Notes: generated by a model not told the origin, from the sequence alone. A stretch of 64,000 bases of DNA from Acidobacteria bacterium UBA2161 (GCA_002328835.1 DCWN01000043.1:17740-81739); one strand, 5' to 3'; numbered from the stretch's first letter, positions 1 to 10,842 are shown. Made by a program: numbers and translations.

Positions 1-597
1 GGCCGCCAGTCCGAGACCGATGCTCGACGCGACATGCCCCAGCTCGCCGGCAACGGCCGACGCCTCGGGCAGCAGGACGACCTGCAGGACCAGCGTGGCG
101 AGCAGCGCGCCTATGGCGTCGATGAACACGCCCTCGGCCTCGAGTACCGTCTGCAGCCGCGGCTTGAGCCTCATGTCGCGCAGCAACGGGGTCACGACCG
201 TCGGTCCGGTCACGACGACGAGGCTGCCGAAGAGCGCCGAGAGATCCCAGTCCCAGCCCAGCCCCGCGCGGGCCGCGCCGGTGGCGCCGGCGAAGGTGAC
301 GAGCGCGGCGACCGTGATCAGCCGGCGAATCGCAGCCTCCTCCCGCCGGAGTCGCGACCACTCGAGGTTGAGGCCGCCCTCGAAGAGGATGACCGCCACG
401 CCCAGTTCGACCAGGATGAACAGCCCGTCAGCCAAGCCCCTGGGCTGCACCCAGCCGAGGCCCTCCGGCCCGAGCGCCGCGCCGACGGCCAGCAGCGCGA
501 TGATCCCGGGCAGCTTGACCTGCTTGGAGACCGACTGCGCCACCACGCCCGCGGCGAGCGCGATGGCGATGGTCAGGCTGGGATGTTCGAACTCCAC
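1..597 (-). CDS. Cation:proton antiporter (Na+/H+ exchanger, NhaP/CPA1-like), N-terminal part; the gene runs off the left edge
   Basis: Absent from the ORF track because it is open to the window edge. Reverse-strand translation from GTG (comp. 595-597): VEFEHPSLTIAIALAAGVVAQSVSKQVKLPGIIALLAVGAALGPEGLGWV..LFEGGLNLEW..VVTGPTVVTPLLRDMRLKPR. Multi-TM, typical exchanger blocks, high GC3. Confidence 0.8.
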   Translation of the reverse strand, partial: MEFEHPSLTIAIALAAGVVAQSVSKQVKLPGIIALLAVGAALGPEGLGWVQPRGLADGLFILVELGVAVILFEGGLNLEWSRLRREEAAIRRLITVAALVTFAGATGAARAGLGWDWDLSALFGSLVVVTGPTVVTPLLRDMRLKPRLQTVLEAEGVFIDAIGALLATLVLQVVLLPEASAVAGELGHVASSIGLGLAA

Positions 598-627
598 GGG
601 AATGTCAGCGGACCGCTGGGCGCCCGC

Positions 628-1059
628 TCATCGGACGTAGCCGAGCGCGAGGAGGCGATCTTTGAGTTCGGCGTCGATGACGGCTTCGCTGGTCTCGAGG
701 AGCGCCGAGCGCGTCAGCGCCGCCTCCATCAGTTCGACCATCAGGTGGCGCCGGGCCACCAGCGGCAACTCGATGATCGATTGATCGCCCACGCCCAAGA
801 CGAACGGCGTCCGGCGAGCCCAGCGTTCGTCATGGTCGTGCCAGCCCTCGACGAGCAGCGCGCGGGCGTCGGGGGTGCCGAGGTTGATGACCTCACGCTC
901 GACGAGCGGTTGTGAGAACGGCCGCCGCTCGACGAAGTCGTAGACGATCGGATCGGGCGCGCCGAATGTGCAGCCCGAGACGACGAGCGCGCAGGCCACG
1001 GCCGAAAGCCAGGACGCGGTCACTGGGTGATGTGAGGAACCGGCGAGGAGCAACTTCAT
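628..1059 (-). CDS. Putative lipoprotein, unknown function
   Basis: 143-aa ORF with signal peptide and lipobox (ALVVSGC). Ends 30 nt upstream of the antiporter start, same strand. No recognisable domain. Confidence 0.6.
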   Translation of the reverse strand: MKLLLAGSSHHPVTASWLSAVACALVVSGCTFGAPDPIVYDFVERRPFSQPLVEREVINLGTPDARALLVEGWHDHDERWARRTPFVLGVGDQSIIELPLVARRHLMVELMEAALTRSALLETSEAVIDAELKDRLLALGYVR

Positions 1060-1099
1060 CGCAATGGAGAAGGTCGCTCGACGGAGACCACGGTGCGGC

Positions 1100-2167
1100 C
1101 TACCGGAAGCGGGTCAAGGTGACGTCGATCGAGCGTTCTCGGCGCTCGCACGGCTGCCACTGCACGAGGATCGGGCTTTGGAAGGTGCCCTCGGCCAGCG
1201 CGCCGTGGCCAGCCTCGTCGTGGTCCGAGACGAGCAGGCTGACCGACCGCTTCATTCGGAGGAAGCGGCGCGCGGGCGCGCCGATGAAGCGGGCGAGAAT
1301 CTTTTCCACGACCGATTCGTTCAGGCCCAGCGCGTCCACCAGCTCGTTGAAGACGCGAACCATGTCGTACTTGGCGTAGCCGATCGTCTTGTTCGGAATG
1401 GCACGCGGGTCCGCGAGCAGATGGCGGCTCTTCTCGGCCATGAACCGCAGGGGGTTGCGGATGACCTCGGCGAGGTCGTGCTGCATCAGCAGCGTTTCGT
1501 ACTCGTTGACGGTCAGGCCGGCCTGGTGCTCGCCGGGTGCCAGGGCGATGCGGATACGGCCCTTGTCGACGCCGTGCCGGGTGATCAACTCCTGGCATCG
1601 CTCGTAGAGGCCGACGCGTCGATCCTTCAGGTTCACGGAGTCGACCGGATGCTCGGAGATCGGTACCGTCATCCGCTCGCGCGCGACCTCTTCCTCCGAA
1701 TTGTACCCGAGGATGCTCGTCGTGCGTTGCCGCGGGCGGCCATCGTTGACGCCGTCGAGATCGATGAAATAGACCGGCTCGCCACTGCGGCGCCGATAGG
1801 TCACGCAGCTGCGGAGCCCGGCGCTGATGAAGGCGAGGTGCGAGTCGGCGTTGCGAGGCTCGACGCGGCGCTGGGCTTCCGAGAGTTCCTCGCGCAGGTG
1901 GAGTTCATCGTGCCGATAGCCGCCGCCTTCGGGGAACACCGCGCGGAAGAAGCTGAGATACGGCGCCACACCGTCCCGCGTCCGGTTCAACCGCATCGCC
2001 AGGCTCTGGTCGAGATAGCCCGCGGTCGTATGGTACGAGCAGTAGAGCGCGCGCGGAAATCGCTCGACGAGATCGCCGTGAGTGTCCGCAGCGCGCTCGC
2101 GGACGTCTACGACGTCAACACGACTGCGCGGGCTGATCTCGAGGGTGACTTCGGCCGGTGAGGGCAT
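1100..2167 (-). CDS. YjbQ/UPF0047-like domain protein with ~190-aa C-terminal extension
   Basis: 355-aa ORF. The N-terminal ~160 aa carry YjbQ-type blocks (CSYHTTAGYLDQS; NADSHLAFISAGLRS; FIDLDGVNDGRPRQR). The C-terminal half has no recognisable domain. Confidence 0.7.
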   Translation of the reverse strand: MPSPAEVTLEISPRSRVDVVDVRERAADTHGDLVERFPRALYCSYHTTAGYLDQSLAMRLNRTRDGVAPYLSFFRAVFPEGGGYRHDELHLREELSEAQRRVEPRNADSHLAFISAGLRSCVTYRRRSGEPVYFIDLDGVNDGRPRQRTTSILGYNSEEEVARERMTVPISEHPVDSVNLKDRRVGLYERCQELITRHGVDKGRIRIALAPGEHQAGLTVNEYETLLMQHDLAEVIRNPLRFMAEKSRHLLADPRAIPNKTIGYAKYDMVRVFNELVDALGLNESVVEKILARFIGAPARRFLRMKRSVSLLVSDHDEAGHGALAEGTFQSPILVQWQPCERRERSIDVTLTRFR

Positions 2168-2224
2168 GGTCTAGCGTCGAAATGGCCTGATCTAGCTCTA
2201 GTCTACTACACTCGGGGCTCCGCC

Positions 2225-2467
2225 ATGCCGAGGGTGCCGCGATACTCCCGTGAGCCGTTTCCGGCCTACCGCTTCGTTCCGGGCGAGCATCCGCACCCGA
2301 CCCGCGACCCGGCCGGCCACTCTTTCGGCCGCCCGGAGGCGGTCGTGCCGCCGTCGCCCGAGACGTGGCGGCCGGCCTGCTACGCCGGTCCATGGGAAGT
2401 GCCGGAACAGCGGGCTGCCGGCAACCACGGGCCTGCTTCGACGACGCGGCGATCGGGCCGCCGATGA
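2225..2467 (+). CDS. Small ORF, possibly a remnant of a larger gene
   Basis: 80-aa ORF. The first ~50 codons have high GC3 and the motif EPFPAYRFVPGEHPHPTRDPAGHSFG, which I associate (from memory only) with N-termini of DUF309-type proteins. The rest is Arg/Gly-rich and not domain-like. Confidence 0.3.
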   Translation: MPRVPRYSREPFPAYRFVPGEHPHPTRDPAGHSFGRPEAVVPPSPETWRPACYAGPWEVPEQRAAGNHGPASTTRRSGRR

Positions 2468-2504
2468 GCACGTTGGTCATGCCCGAGGCCTCCGGGGAGG
2501 GCTG

Positions 2505-3275
2505 ATGCTGGGCTTCTTCCAACGTCGGCGCCGTCGCCGCATCGGTGCTGCGCCGTTTCCCGATCGGTGCCTGGACGTGCTCGGTCGCAACGCGCCGTTC
2601 TATGCCCGGCTGCCCGAAGGCGACAAGCGCGAACTGCAGCGCCACATCATCGTCTTCCTCGATGAGAAGACATTCGAGGGGTGCGGCGATCTCGAGTTGA
2701 CCGAGGAGATGGCGGTCACCGTCGCGGCGCATGCGTGCCGGTTGCTGCTCCACCGCGAGACCAACTACTACCCGACCGTGTCGTCGATCCTCATCTATCC
2801 GGAGGCCTATGTGGCTCCGGTCGTCGAGGAGTCGGACGACTGGTTCGTCACCGAAGGGGAGGAGGATCGCGAGGGCGAGGCGTCACGCTACGGGACGGTC
2901 GTGCTATCGTGGGCCGAAGTCCTGTCAGGCATCAGGGCCGAGGGGGAGGGCCGGAATCTGGTGATTCACGAGTTCTCACACCAACTCGACATGGAAGACG
3001 GCGAGGCCGATGGAGCGCCGCCGCTGCCCAGCCGGCGGCACTACGCCGAGTGGTCCGCGGTCCTCGGCCGGGAGTACGACCGGCTGCGTGCGGACGCCGA
3101 TCGAGGCCAGCCCACCCTGCTCGACCCGTACGGTGCCGAGGACCCGGCAGAGTTCTTTGCGGTGGCGAGTGAGTGCTTCTTCGAGCAGCCGGCTTCGCTG
3201 CGGGCCTCACACCCCGACCTGTACGGGCAACTGCAGCTGTTCTATCAGCAGGATCCGGTCCGGTTCTCGAGGTGA
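2505..3275 (+). CDS. mtfA: MtfA-like zinc metallopeptidase (peptidase M90)
   Basis: ATG 2505 preceded by GGGGAGG. HEFSHQLD zinc motif. C-terminal DPYGAEDPAEFFAVASECFFEQP...LFYQQDP is colinear with E. coli MtfA (..DPAECFAVLSEYFFSAP..FYQQDP). The upstream part of track ORF 2250.. is Arg-rich and not protein-like. Confidence 0.85.
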   Translation: MLGFFQRRRRRRIGAAPFPDRCLDVLGRNAPFYARLPEGDKRELQRHIIVFLDEKTFEGCGDLELTEEMAVTVAAHACRLLLHRETNYYPTVSSILIYPEAYVAPVVEESDDWFVTEGEEDREGEASRYGTVVLSWAEVLSGIRAEGEGRNLVIHEFSHQLDMEDGEADGAPPLPSRRHYAEWSAVLGREYDRLRADADRGQPTLLDPYGAEDPAEFFAVASECFFEQPASLRASHPDLYGQLQLFYQQDPVRFSR

Positions 3276-3287
3276 GGCCTCGGGGGG

Positions 3288-3437
3288 GTGCTTGTGGTAC
3301 GTAAAGGAGAAGTCCTGTACCGATATCTCGCCGCGTTGTTCTGTGCCCTGGTCGTCGGGTGCGGCGGCGCGCCGGAGCCCGCGGTCGACTCCATGCCGGC
3401 GGCCAAGGTACCCGCGCCGTCGTGCATGGTCATATGA
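3288..3437 (+). CDS. Possible 49-aa small lipoprotein (below the ORF-track length cut-off)
   Basis: GTG 3288 (or GTG 3294) after a G-run. Translation VLVVRKGEVLYRYLAALFCALVVGCGGAPEPAVDSMPAAKVPAPSCMVI* has a signal peptide plus lipobox VVGC. Weak support only. Confidence 0.25.
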   Translation: MLVVRKGEVLYRYLAALFCALVVGCGGAPEPAVDSMPAAKVPAPSCMVI

Positions 3438-3615
3438 CCTAATCAATACCGCGTATCTACCATTTCCGCTTCACTCGGCTTCACTACAGTTCACAGGATC
3501 GCCCGCCGATACTCGCGTACGAGGGCCGTTCGAGACGGCCCGAGCATCGCCGGCGACGCCAGCCTCCCCGGCGGTCCGGGAGGGGGCGGGCGTTGCCATC
3601 TTCGGAGGTCGAGTC

Positions 3616-4530
3616 ATGACGAGCGAGAACAGTTTCCCTCAGACAGAGAATCAACCGGCTCAGACGATGCAGCCCAGTTTCGGCTCCCGGCTGCGCGCGG
3701 TCGCGTTGTGGTCGCTCGTCTTCTTGGTCGTGGTTGCCGCGGCGTTCGGGACCGGGTACTTCCTGCAGGAGCGCGAGATCCTCGACCTCCGTCACCAACT
3801 GGTCGCCGTCAAGGCCGACGCCGCTTCGGACATCGCCACGCTCGAACGTCGCGTGCTGGAGGCCGAGAAGACTCAACTCGAGCATGCCCTCGAGCGCGCG
3901 TCGCTGAACCTGACGTTGAACCGCGTGCTCGCGCCCCTGCCGCTGGCACTGGCCGACGTGGAGCAGCGGAACTTCGGTCATGCGATGGAGCGGATCGCAA
4001 CGGCACGACGCGCACTCGATGCTCCTGGCATTTCCCAGGCGGTGCGAGAGGTCGCCGGCGGGAGGCTCGACGCCATCACTCGGGAAATCACGACCGAGCT
4101 GAGGCAGCTGCAGCAGGCGGGCATCGGGAATCGGCTCGCGGTCAGTGCGCACGCGCTCGAACGGGTGCTGGTCACACGGGATGACACTGGGGTGTTCGTC
4201 GAACCGTTGATGCCGATGGCGGGTATGCCGGTGGAGACGCCGCCGGCGTTGACCGCCGGGCCGGCCACCCCGCCGGCATGGGAGCCGATCGAGCCGGCCG
4301 CGCCGCAGCCCGAGCCAGCCTGCGTCGAGGAGCGGCTCGTGCCGAGCGTGACGCTCGAGACCGAGAACGCCGCGGCCAGGACGGCGGTCGGGCCGGGGCC
4401 GGCAGCGTTCCGGACGACGCCACCGGCATCTGGCCGGCCTACGCGCCGGTCGAGCCTCCGAGCTAGCCTGGGTGGACGGTCAGGATCGGCGTGGGAGGCC
4501 GTGGTACAGCGTGCGTGTCCCCGAGCCTAG
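3616..4530 (+). CDS. Single-pass membrane-anchored coiled-coil protein with Pro-rich tail (paralog of 7768..8520); 3' end uncertain
   Basis: ATG 3616 with GGAGG 8 nt upstream. One TM (LRAVALWSLVFLVVVAAAFGTGYF), then a heptad-like region LERRVLEAEKTQLEHALERA homologous to the 7768 gene. The last ~40 codons are basic, have lower GC3 and overlap the convergent gene by 51 nt. An alternative frame ends at 4466. Confidence 0.7.
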   Translation: MTSENSFPQTENQPAQTMQPSFGSRLRAVALWSLVFLVVVAAAFGTGYFLQEREILDLRHQLVAVKADAASDIATLERRVLEAEKTQLEHALERASLNLTLNRVLAPLPLALADVEQRNFGHAMERIATARRALDAPGISQAVREVAGGRLDAITREITTELRQLQQAGIGNRLAVSAHALERVLVTRDDTGVFVEPLMPMAGMPVETPPALTAGPATPPAWEPIEPAAPQPEPACVEERLVPSVTLETENAAARTAVGPGPAAFRTTPPASGRPTRRSSLRASLGGRSGSAWEAVVQRACPRA

Positions 4531-5883
4531 CGGTTCCTTCGCCACGACGTCGAACGCCTCCAAAAGCACCGCTTCGAAGCGTTCGATCGTGTAGCCGTCG
4601 GCGAGAACGTCCCGGTTCCTCAGTAGCCGCTCTACCATCGGATCGTCGCGGGTGACGAACTCGACGACAACCTCGGCCCCGGATTCCGCGAGCCACTCGA
4701 CGAAGTCCGGGAGCGGCACGTTCCGGCCGATAACGATGTGATGCATCAGCGCCAGGCAGAGCATCAGGTCCGGGCGGGCCCGGTCGAGTAAGGCCGGCCG
4801 TTCGAGGCCCCGCCAACCGAGCGGTGGGGTCGGGTCGGCGACGTTGCCGACAAGCGGCAGGATGTTGCGGGTGGGCTCGAGTTTGACCGCGCCGTAGAGT
4901 CGTTCGATGGCGAGGTGATCGCCGTCGATCGCCACGACCTGACCAGTGTTCTCCGCCGCGATACGTGAGTACAGGCCGGTGTTGCAGCCGACATCCCAGA
5001 CCAGGTCCCGCCGCCGCTCCCCGACCACACGCTGCACGAACGCCGCCTTCTGTTGCTGGTCGCCGTCGGTGTAGGTGTTGCACGTCGTGTACTCCGACCA
5101 CGTCGAGTCCGGCGGATCCCAGCGCAGTCCATCGACGAGCCGCCGCATCCGGGACACGTTGTTCTTGACGAGGGCCGCGCTGAACCCGGCTCTTCGCAGA
5201 TCGGTCTTCACATCGCGCTCGGTGTCCTGGTAGCGCGCCTGGACCTTCGACAGGAGGTACACGTGAGTCAGCACACCGGCGCGCAGATAGTCCCGGAGCG
5301 CCAGCACGCGCCGCAGGTGCATCGGCTCGATCCCTTCCAGGCTCCCGCGGAGCCACGGCTGGAAGGGCACGTCCTTGTAGGCCTGGAGCAGGAGCGGATA
5401 GAGAAAGAGCTGGCAGAACTGCCGGTAGCCCACCCACGGTTCACCCGGTTCGGCGATCGTGAACGAGGCCATGTCGATGAAGGTGGGCTGCACGCCGAAC
5501 CATTGCACGTTGAACGGCGTGGCATCCTTCAGGGTCATCCCCTCATCGAGTGCGGCGAGCAATAGATCGAGCTGCAGCAGCGCGGCGTCGCGCAGCATCC
5601 CGAAACACCACTCGTAGGGGTACGACACGACCGGCACCGGCTGGTGTTCGAGCACGGCGACCCAGCTCGGATCGAGCTCGGGTAGCCCGGCGCGATCGTC
5701 GACAGGAATGGTGTCTATGAGGCGCCCGTCCGCGACGAATGCGCTGAAGAAAGTCGTGTCCGACAGGTGTTGCCAGTCACGGAGCGCATCCGCGCTCAGA
5801 CACCTGAAGATGCGGTTCTCGTGTCGAAAGATCCGCGCGGCTGGGTCGCGAAACGACCCCGGTTCGTAGCGGGTCGCCGCCAT
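4480..5883 (-). CDS. Class I SAM-dependent methyltransferase with large N-terminal domain
   Basis: 467-aa ORF. SAM motif I VWDVGCNTGLYS in the C-terminal third. Well-behaved composition. Confidence 0.8.
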   Translation of the reverse strand: MAATRYEPGSFRDPAARIFRHENRIFRCLSADALRDWQHLSDTTFFSAFVADGRLIDTIPVDDRAGLPELDPSWVAVLEHQPVPVVSYPYEWCFGMLRDAALLQLDLLLAALDEGMTLKDATPFNVQWFGVQPTFIDMASFTIAEPGEPWVGYRQFCQLFLYPLLLQAYKDVPFQPWLRGSLEGIEPMHLRRVLALRDYLRAGVLTHVYLLSKVQARYQDTERDVKTDLRRAGFSAALVKNNVSRMRRLVDGLRWDPPDSTWSEYTTCNTYTDGDQQQKAAFVQRVVGERRRDLVWDVGCNTGLYSRIAAENTGQVVAIDGDHLAIERLYGAVKLEPTRNILPLVGNVADPTPPLGWRGLERPALLDRARPDLMLCLALMHHIVIGRNVPLPDFVEWLAESGAEVVVEFVTRDDPMVERLLRNRDVLADGYTIERFEAVLLEAFDVVAKEPLGSGTRTLYHGLPRRS

Positions 5884-5928
5884 CTGGCTGGGTTGACCCC
5901 TGGATCGTCGGGCCGCGGCCCGACGGTG

Positions 5929-6159
5929 TCAGGGGTTCTCGGCGTCGGAGTCTCGGCGTTTGAACTGCAGCGTCAGACGGTGCCAGAGCAGCTTGGCGAA
6001 CACGGCCCCGGCAGCAACGCCCCCGAGTGCCAGTTGCACGAGCAAACTGCCGGCACCGGGATCGAGATAGGCCTCGACCGGTGCCTCCGAGACGACGAGC
6101 AGCAGCAGCACGGGCAGTCCCGCGTGCACGAGCTGGTTCGGCTGTCTTGGATTCCCCAT
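5929..6159 (-). CDS. Small membrane protein (76 aa)
   Basis: ATG comp. 6157-6159. MGNPRQPNQLVHAGLPVLLLLVVSEAPVEAYLDPGAGSLLVQLALGGVAAGAVFAKLLW..: two hydrophobic helices. Lies 45 nt upstream of the methyltransferase on the same strand. Confidence 0.55.
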   Translation of the reverse strand: MGNPRQPNQLVHAGLPVLLLLVVSEAPVEAYLDPGAGSLLVQLALGGVAAGAVFAKLLWHRLTLQFKRRDSDAENP

Positions 6160-6255
6160 CGAGCCCTCGCCACGTGATGATGACGTGACAATAGATGATA
6201 GCACAGCGCTGCACACGGACCGGGTGTCAAACGATGGTACAATCCGCTGCCTGCC

Positions 6256-7743
6256 GTGACCGATTCCCCCATTCCGATCAAGCGTGAGCCGACGCTGGGG
6301 CAGGCGCTGCTCCCGGTCGGCGTGCTGATTCTCCTTCTGGCTTCCTCGGTGTACCTCTTCGGGGGCGGATCCTCGTCGGGCCCGAATCAGATCGCGCTCA
6401 TCCTCAGCGGTGGCGTGGCGATCCTCGTGGGACTCCGGAACGGCTACGTCTGGCGCGAGTTGGAACGCGGCATCGTCACCGGCATCTCGCTGGCGATGGG
6501 CGCCATCCTGATCCTGATGGTCGTCGGATCGCTGATCGGCAGCTGGATTCTGGCCGGCGTCGTACCGACGATGATCTATTACGGGCTACAGATCCTGTCG
6601 CCCACGATCTTCTATCCGGCCGCGACCATCATCTGCGCGCTCGTCGCCCTGGCCAGCGGCAGTTCCTGGACGACGGCCAGTACGATCGGCATCGCGCTGA
6701 TTGGCATCGCGGCGACGCAGAACCTCAATGTCGGTCTGGCCGGCGGCGCCATCATCTCGGGCGCGTACTTCGGCGACAAGATGTCGCCGCTCTCGGACAC
6801 GACGAACCTCGCGCCGGCGATGGCCGGCACCGATCTCTTCGTGCACATCCGGCACATGGTCTGGACGACGGTGCCCAGCCTGGCCATTGCGCTCCTGCTG
6901 TTCACGGTCATCGGGTTCTGGTCGACTCCGCCCGCCGGCTCGAGCGACCTGGAGGCGATCCTGTCGGAGTTGCGCGCGCAGTTCGCGATTGGCCCGCATC
7001 TCCTGTTGCCGGCGGTGCTCGTCTTCGTGCTGGTCATCCGCCGCATGCCCGCGTTTCCGGCGTTGCTGCTCGGAGCCCTGACCGGCTCGGTGTTCGCTGC
7101 CGTGTTTCAACAGCAGACGGTCTTGACCTACGTTGGCGAGACCGATCTGCCGCGCAGCGTGGCTGTCTTGAAGGGTGTCTGGATCGCGCTGTTCGACGGG
7201 TTCGTACTCACATCCGGGAACGCTACGCTCGATGAGTTACTGAGCCGAGGCGGCATGTCCAGCATGCTCAACACGATCTCGCTCGTCATGACGGCATTGA
7301 TGTTCGGCGCGGTCATGGAGACAACGAAGATGCTCCAGAAGATCGCGTTCTCGATCTTGAGCTTCGTGCGAGAGACCGGCGATCTGATCGCGGCGACGAT
7401 TCTGACCGCCATCGGCATGAACATCGTCGCATCAGACCAGTACATCGCGATCGTGCTGCCGGGACGGATGTTTCGCGCCGAGTATCGCAGGCGAGGGTTG
7501 GATCCACGCAATCTGTCGCGGACGCTTGAAGACTCCGGGACGCTCACGTCGCCGCTCGTACCCTGGAATACCTGTGGGGCGTTCATGTCACAGGCCCTCG
7601 GGGTGGCGACGTGGACCTATTTGCCGTTCTGTTTCTTCAACTTGATCAACCCGCTGATCGCGGCGATCTATGGGTACAGCGGCTTCACGATCAAGAAGCT
7701 ACCCGCGGACGAGATCCGCGACGACGACTCGGCGGTTGCCTGA
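6256..7743 (+). CDS. nhaC: Na+/H+ antiporter, NhaC family
   Basis: 495-aa polytopic membrane protein, GTG start. Blocks ASGSSWTTASTIGIALIGIA and YFGDKMSPLSDTTNLAPA are typical of NhaC. Confidence 0.85.
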   Translation: MTDSPIPIKREPTLGQALLPVGVLILLLASSVYLFGGGSSSGPNQIALILSGGVAILVGLRNGYVWRELERGIVTGISLAMGAILILMVVGSLIGSWILAGVVPTMIYYGLQILSPTIFYPAATIICALVALASGSSWTTASTIGIALIGIAATQNLNVGLAGGAIISGAYFGDKMSPLSDTTNLAPAMAGTDLFVHIRHMVWTTVPSLAIALLLFTVIGFWSTPPAGSSDLEAILSELRAQFAIGPHLLLPAVLVFVLVIRRMPAFPALLLGALTGSVFAAVFQQQTVLTYVGETDLPRSVAVLKGVWIALFDGFVLTSGNATLDELLSRGGMSSMLNTISLVMTALMFGAVMETTKMLQKIAFSILSFVRETGDLIAATILTAIGMNIVASDQYIAIVLPGRMFRAEYRRRGLDPRNLSRTLEDSGTLTSPLVPWNTCGAFMSQALGVATWTYLPFCFFNLINPLIAAIYGYSGFTIKKLPADEIRDDDSAVA

Positions 7744-7767
7744 GGCGATGCGCCGGAGGAGGGCACC

Positions 7768-8520
7768 ATGAGCATCATCGATGATCCGAGTGACGCGAAC
7801 GAGCCGGGCCGCGGTGGGTTCGGCCGCACGTTTCGCACGTTCGTCATCTGGCTCATCGTCCTCGGCATCGCGGTCGGTGCCGGGTTCGCCGGGGGCTACG
7901 TCCTGCACTACCAGGAGCTGCGCGACCTCGAACGCGCGTCGTCCGAGGAGCAAGCCGACCTGGCTGCGCAGCTGGCCGCACTGGAGCGCCAGATTCTCGA
8001 GGCCGAGAAAGAGCAGCTCGAGGCCGCGCTGGCGCGGGCCAACGTCGTCGCGAACCTCGACGAGGTGCTGACGATGCTGCCGCGGGCACTCCAGGAGATC
8101 GAGCAGTTCGGGCGAGCGATGCAGGATATCGACACGGCCCAGCGCGCGCTGACCGATGCCGGCGTGACGGCCGACACGCGCGACACGCTCGGCGCGTCGC
8201 TCGCCGAGCTCCGGCAGCGGCTGACCTCGCTCGATCTCCAGGCGCGCGAGCGGATTGCGGCCAGCGCCGATGACCTCGAACAGGTGATGAGTTCCTCGGA
8301 GGGGGTCCAGCCACCGATGGCGCGCGAGCCGGCCCACGCGACGGAGGTGCCAGCCATCGAGACTCCACCGGCCGACACGGCGCTGCCCGACGCCGAGCTG
8401 GAGACCGAGGAAGCTGATGAAGTCGACGTGCCGCCCGGCGCCGATCCGCCCGCCGACCCTGCGGTGCCCGAAACCGGCCAGCCGCCGGTGGTTCCCCCAG
8501 CGCAGCCGCCGGCGGACTGA
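7768..8520 (+). CDS. Single-pass membrane-anchored coiled-coil protein with acidic Pro-rich tail (paralog of 3616..4530)
   Basis: ATG after GGAGG. TM FVIWLIVLGIAVGAGFAGGYVL. LERQILEAEKEQLEAALARA and FGRAMQDIDTAQRAL match LERRVLEAEKTQLEHALERA and FGHAMERIATARRAL of the 3616 gene. Confidence 0.75.
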   Translation: MSIIDDPSDANEPGRGGFGRTFRTFVIWLIVLGIAVGAGFAGGYVLHYQELRDLERASSEEQADLAAQLAALERQILEAEKEQLEAALARANVVANLDEVLTMLPRALQEIEQFGRAMQDIDTAQRALTDAGVTADTRDTLGASLAELRQRLTSLDLQARERIAASADDLEQVMSSSEGVQPPMAREPAHATEVPAIETPPADTALPDAELETEEADEVDVPPGADPPADPAVPETGQPPVVPPAQPPAD

Positions 8521-8545
8521 GTCCGACCGGTCGACGGATCCGCGC

Positions 8546-10041
<1,496 letters not shown>

Positions 10042-10045
<4 letters not shown>

Positions 10046-10842
10046 ACCGCTTCACCGACCTGTTCGGCGCGCCGAGGCCGATCATCGGCGTGATCCATCT
10101 GCCGGCGTTGCCCGGCTCCAGCGCGTCGCCGGGTCTCGGCGAGGTCCTCAAGCGCGCGCTCACCGACCTCGCCGCCCTTGAAGGTGGCGGTGTCCACGGC
10201 GTGCTCGTGTCGAACGACGGCGATGAGCCGAGGCGCATGAAGGCCGGGGCCGAGACCATTTCGGCGCTCACGCGGGTCGCCCACGAGATCGTCCATGCCT
10301 CGAACGGCGTCAAGGTCGGCGTGCAGGTCCTGCTGAACGACCCCGACGCGTCCGTGGCGGTCGCACACATGGCCGGCGCCGCGTTCATCCGCACCGACTT
10401 CTTTGTCGATCCGATGCAGCGGCCGGAGTACGGTGCGATCGAGATCGCGCCGAAGCGGCTCGTCGAGTACCGCGCTAGCCTCGGTGCGCGCGACGTCCTG
10501 ATCCTGGCCGATGTCCAGGTGAAGTACGCGCAGATGATCGACCCCCGCCCGCTGGCCGAGTCGGCGGCCGAGGCTGCCGAGTGCGCCGCCGACGCGATTG
10601 TCGTGACCGGATCAGTGACCGGGGAGGCACCGGTGTGGACGTCGGTGCGCGAGGCGAAGCAGGGCGCCGGACGCTGCCCGGTGCTGGTCGGCAGCGGCCT
10701 CGACCTGTCGGATGCCGCCGACTTGCTCCGGACCGCCGACGGCGCGATCGTCGGTACGAGTTTGAAGACCGGCGCCTACGTCGACGCCGGCAAGGTGCGC
10801 GCGCTGATGACGGCGGTGGGCGCGCTCGATTCCCTCCCGTGA
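10042..10842 (+). CDS. BtpA/SgcQ-family TIM-barrel protein
   Basis: ATGA overlap with the glpK stop. N-terminal IIGVIHLPALPGS and C-terminal VGSGL...DGAIVGTSLK blocks are typical of the BtpA family. Confidence 0.75.
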
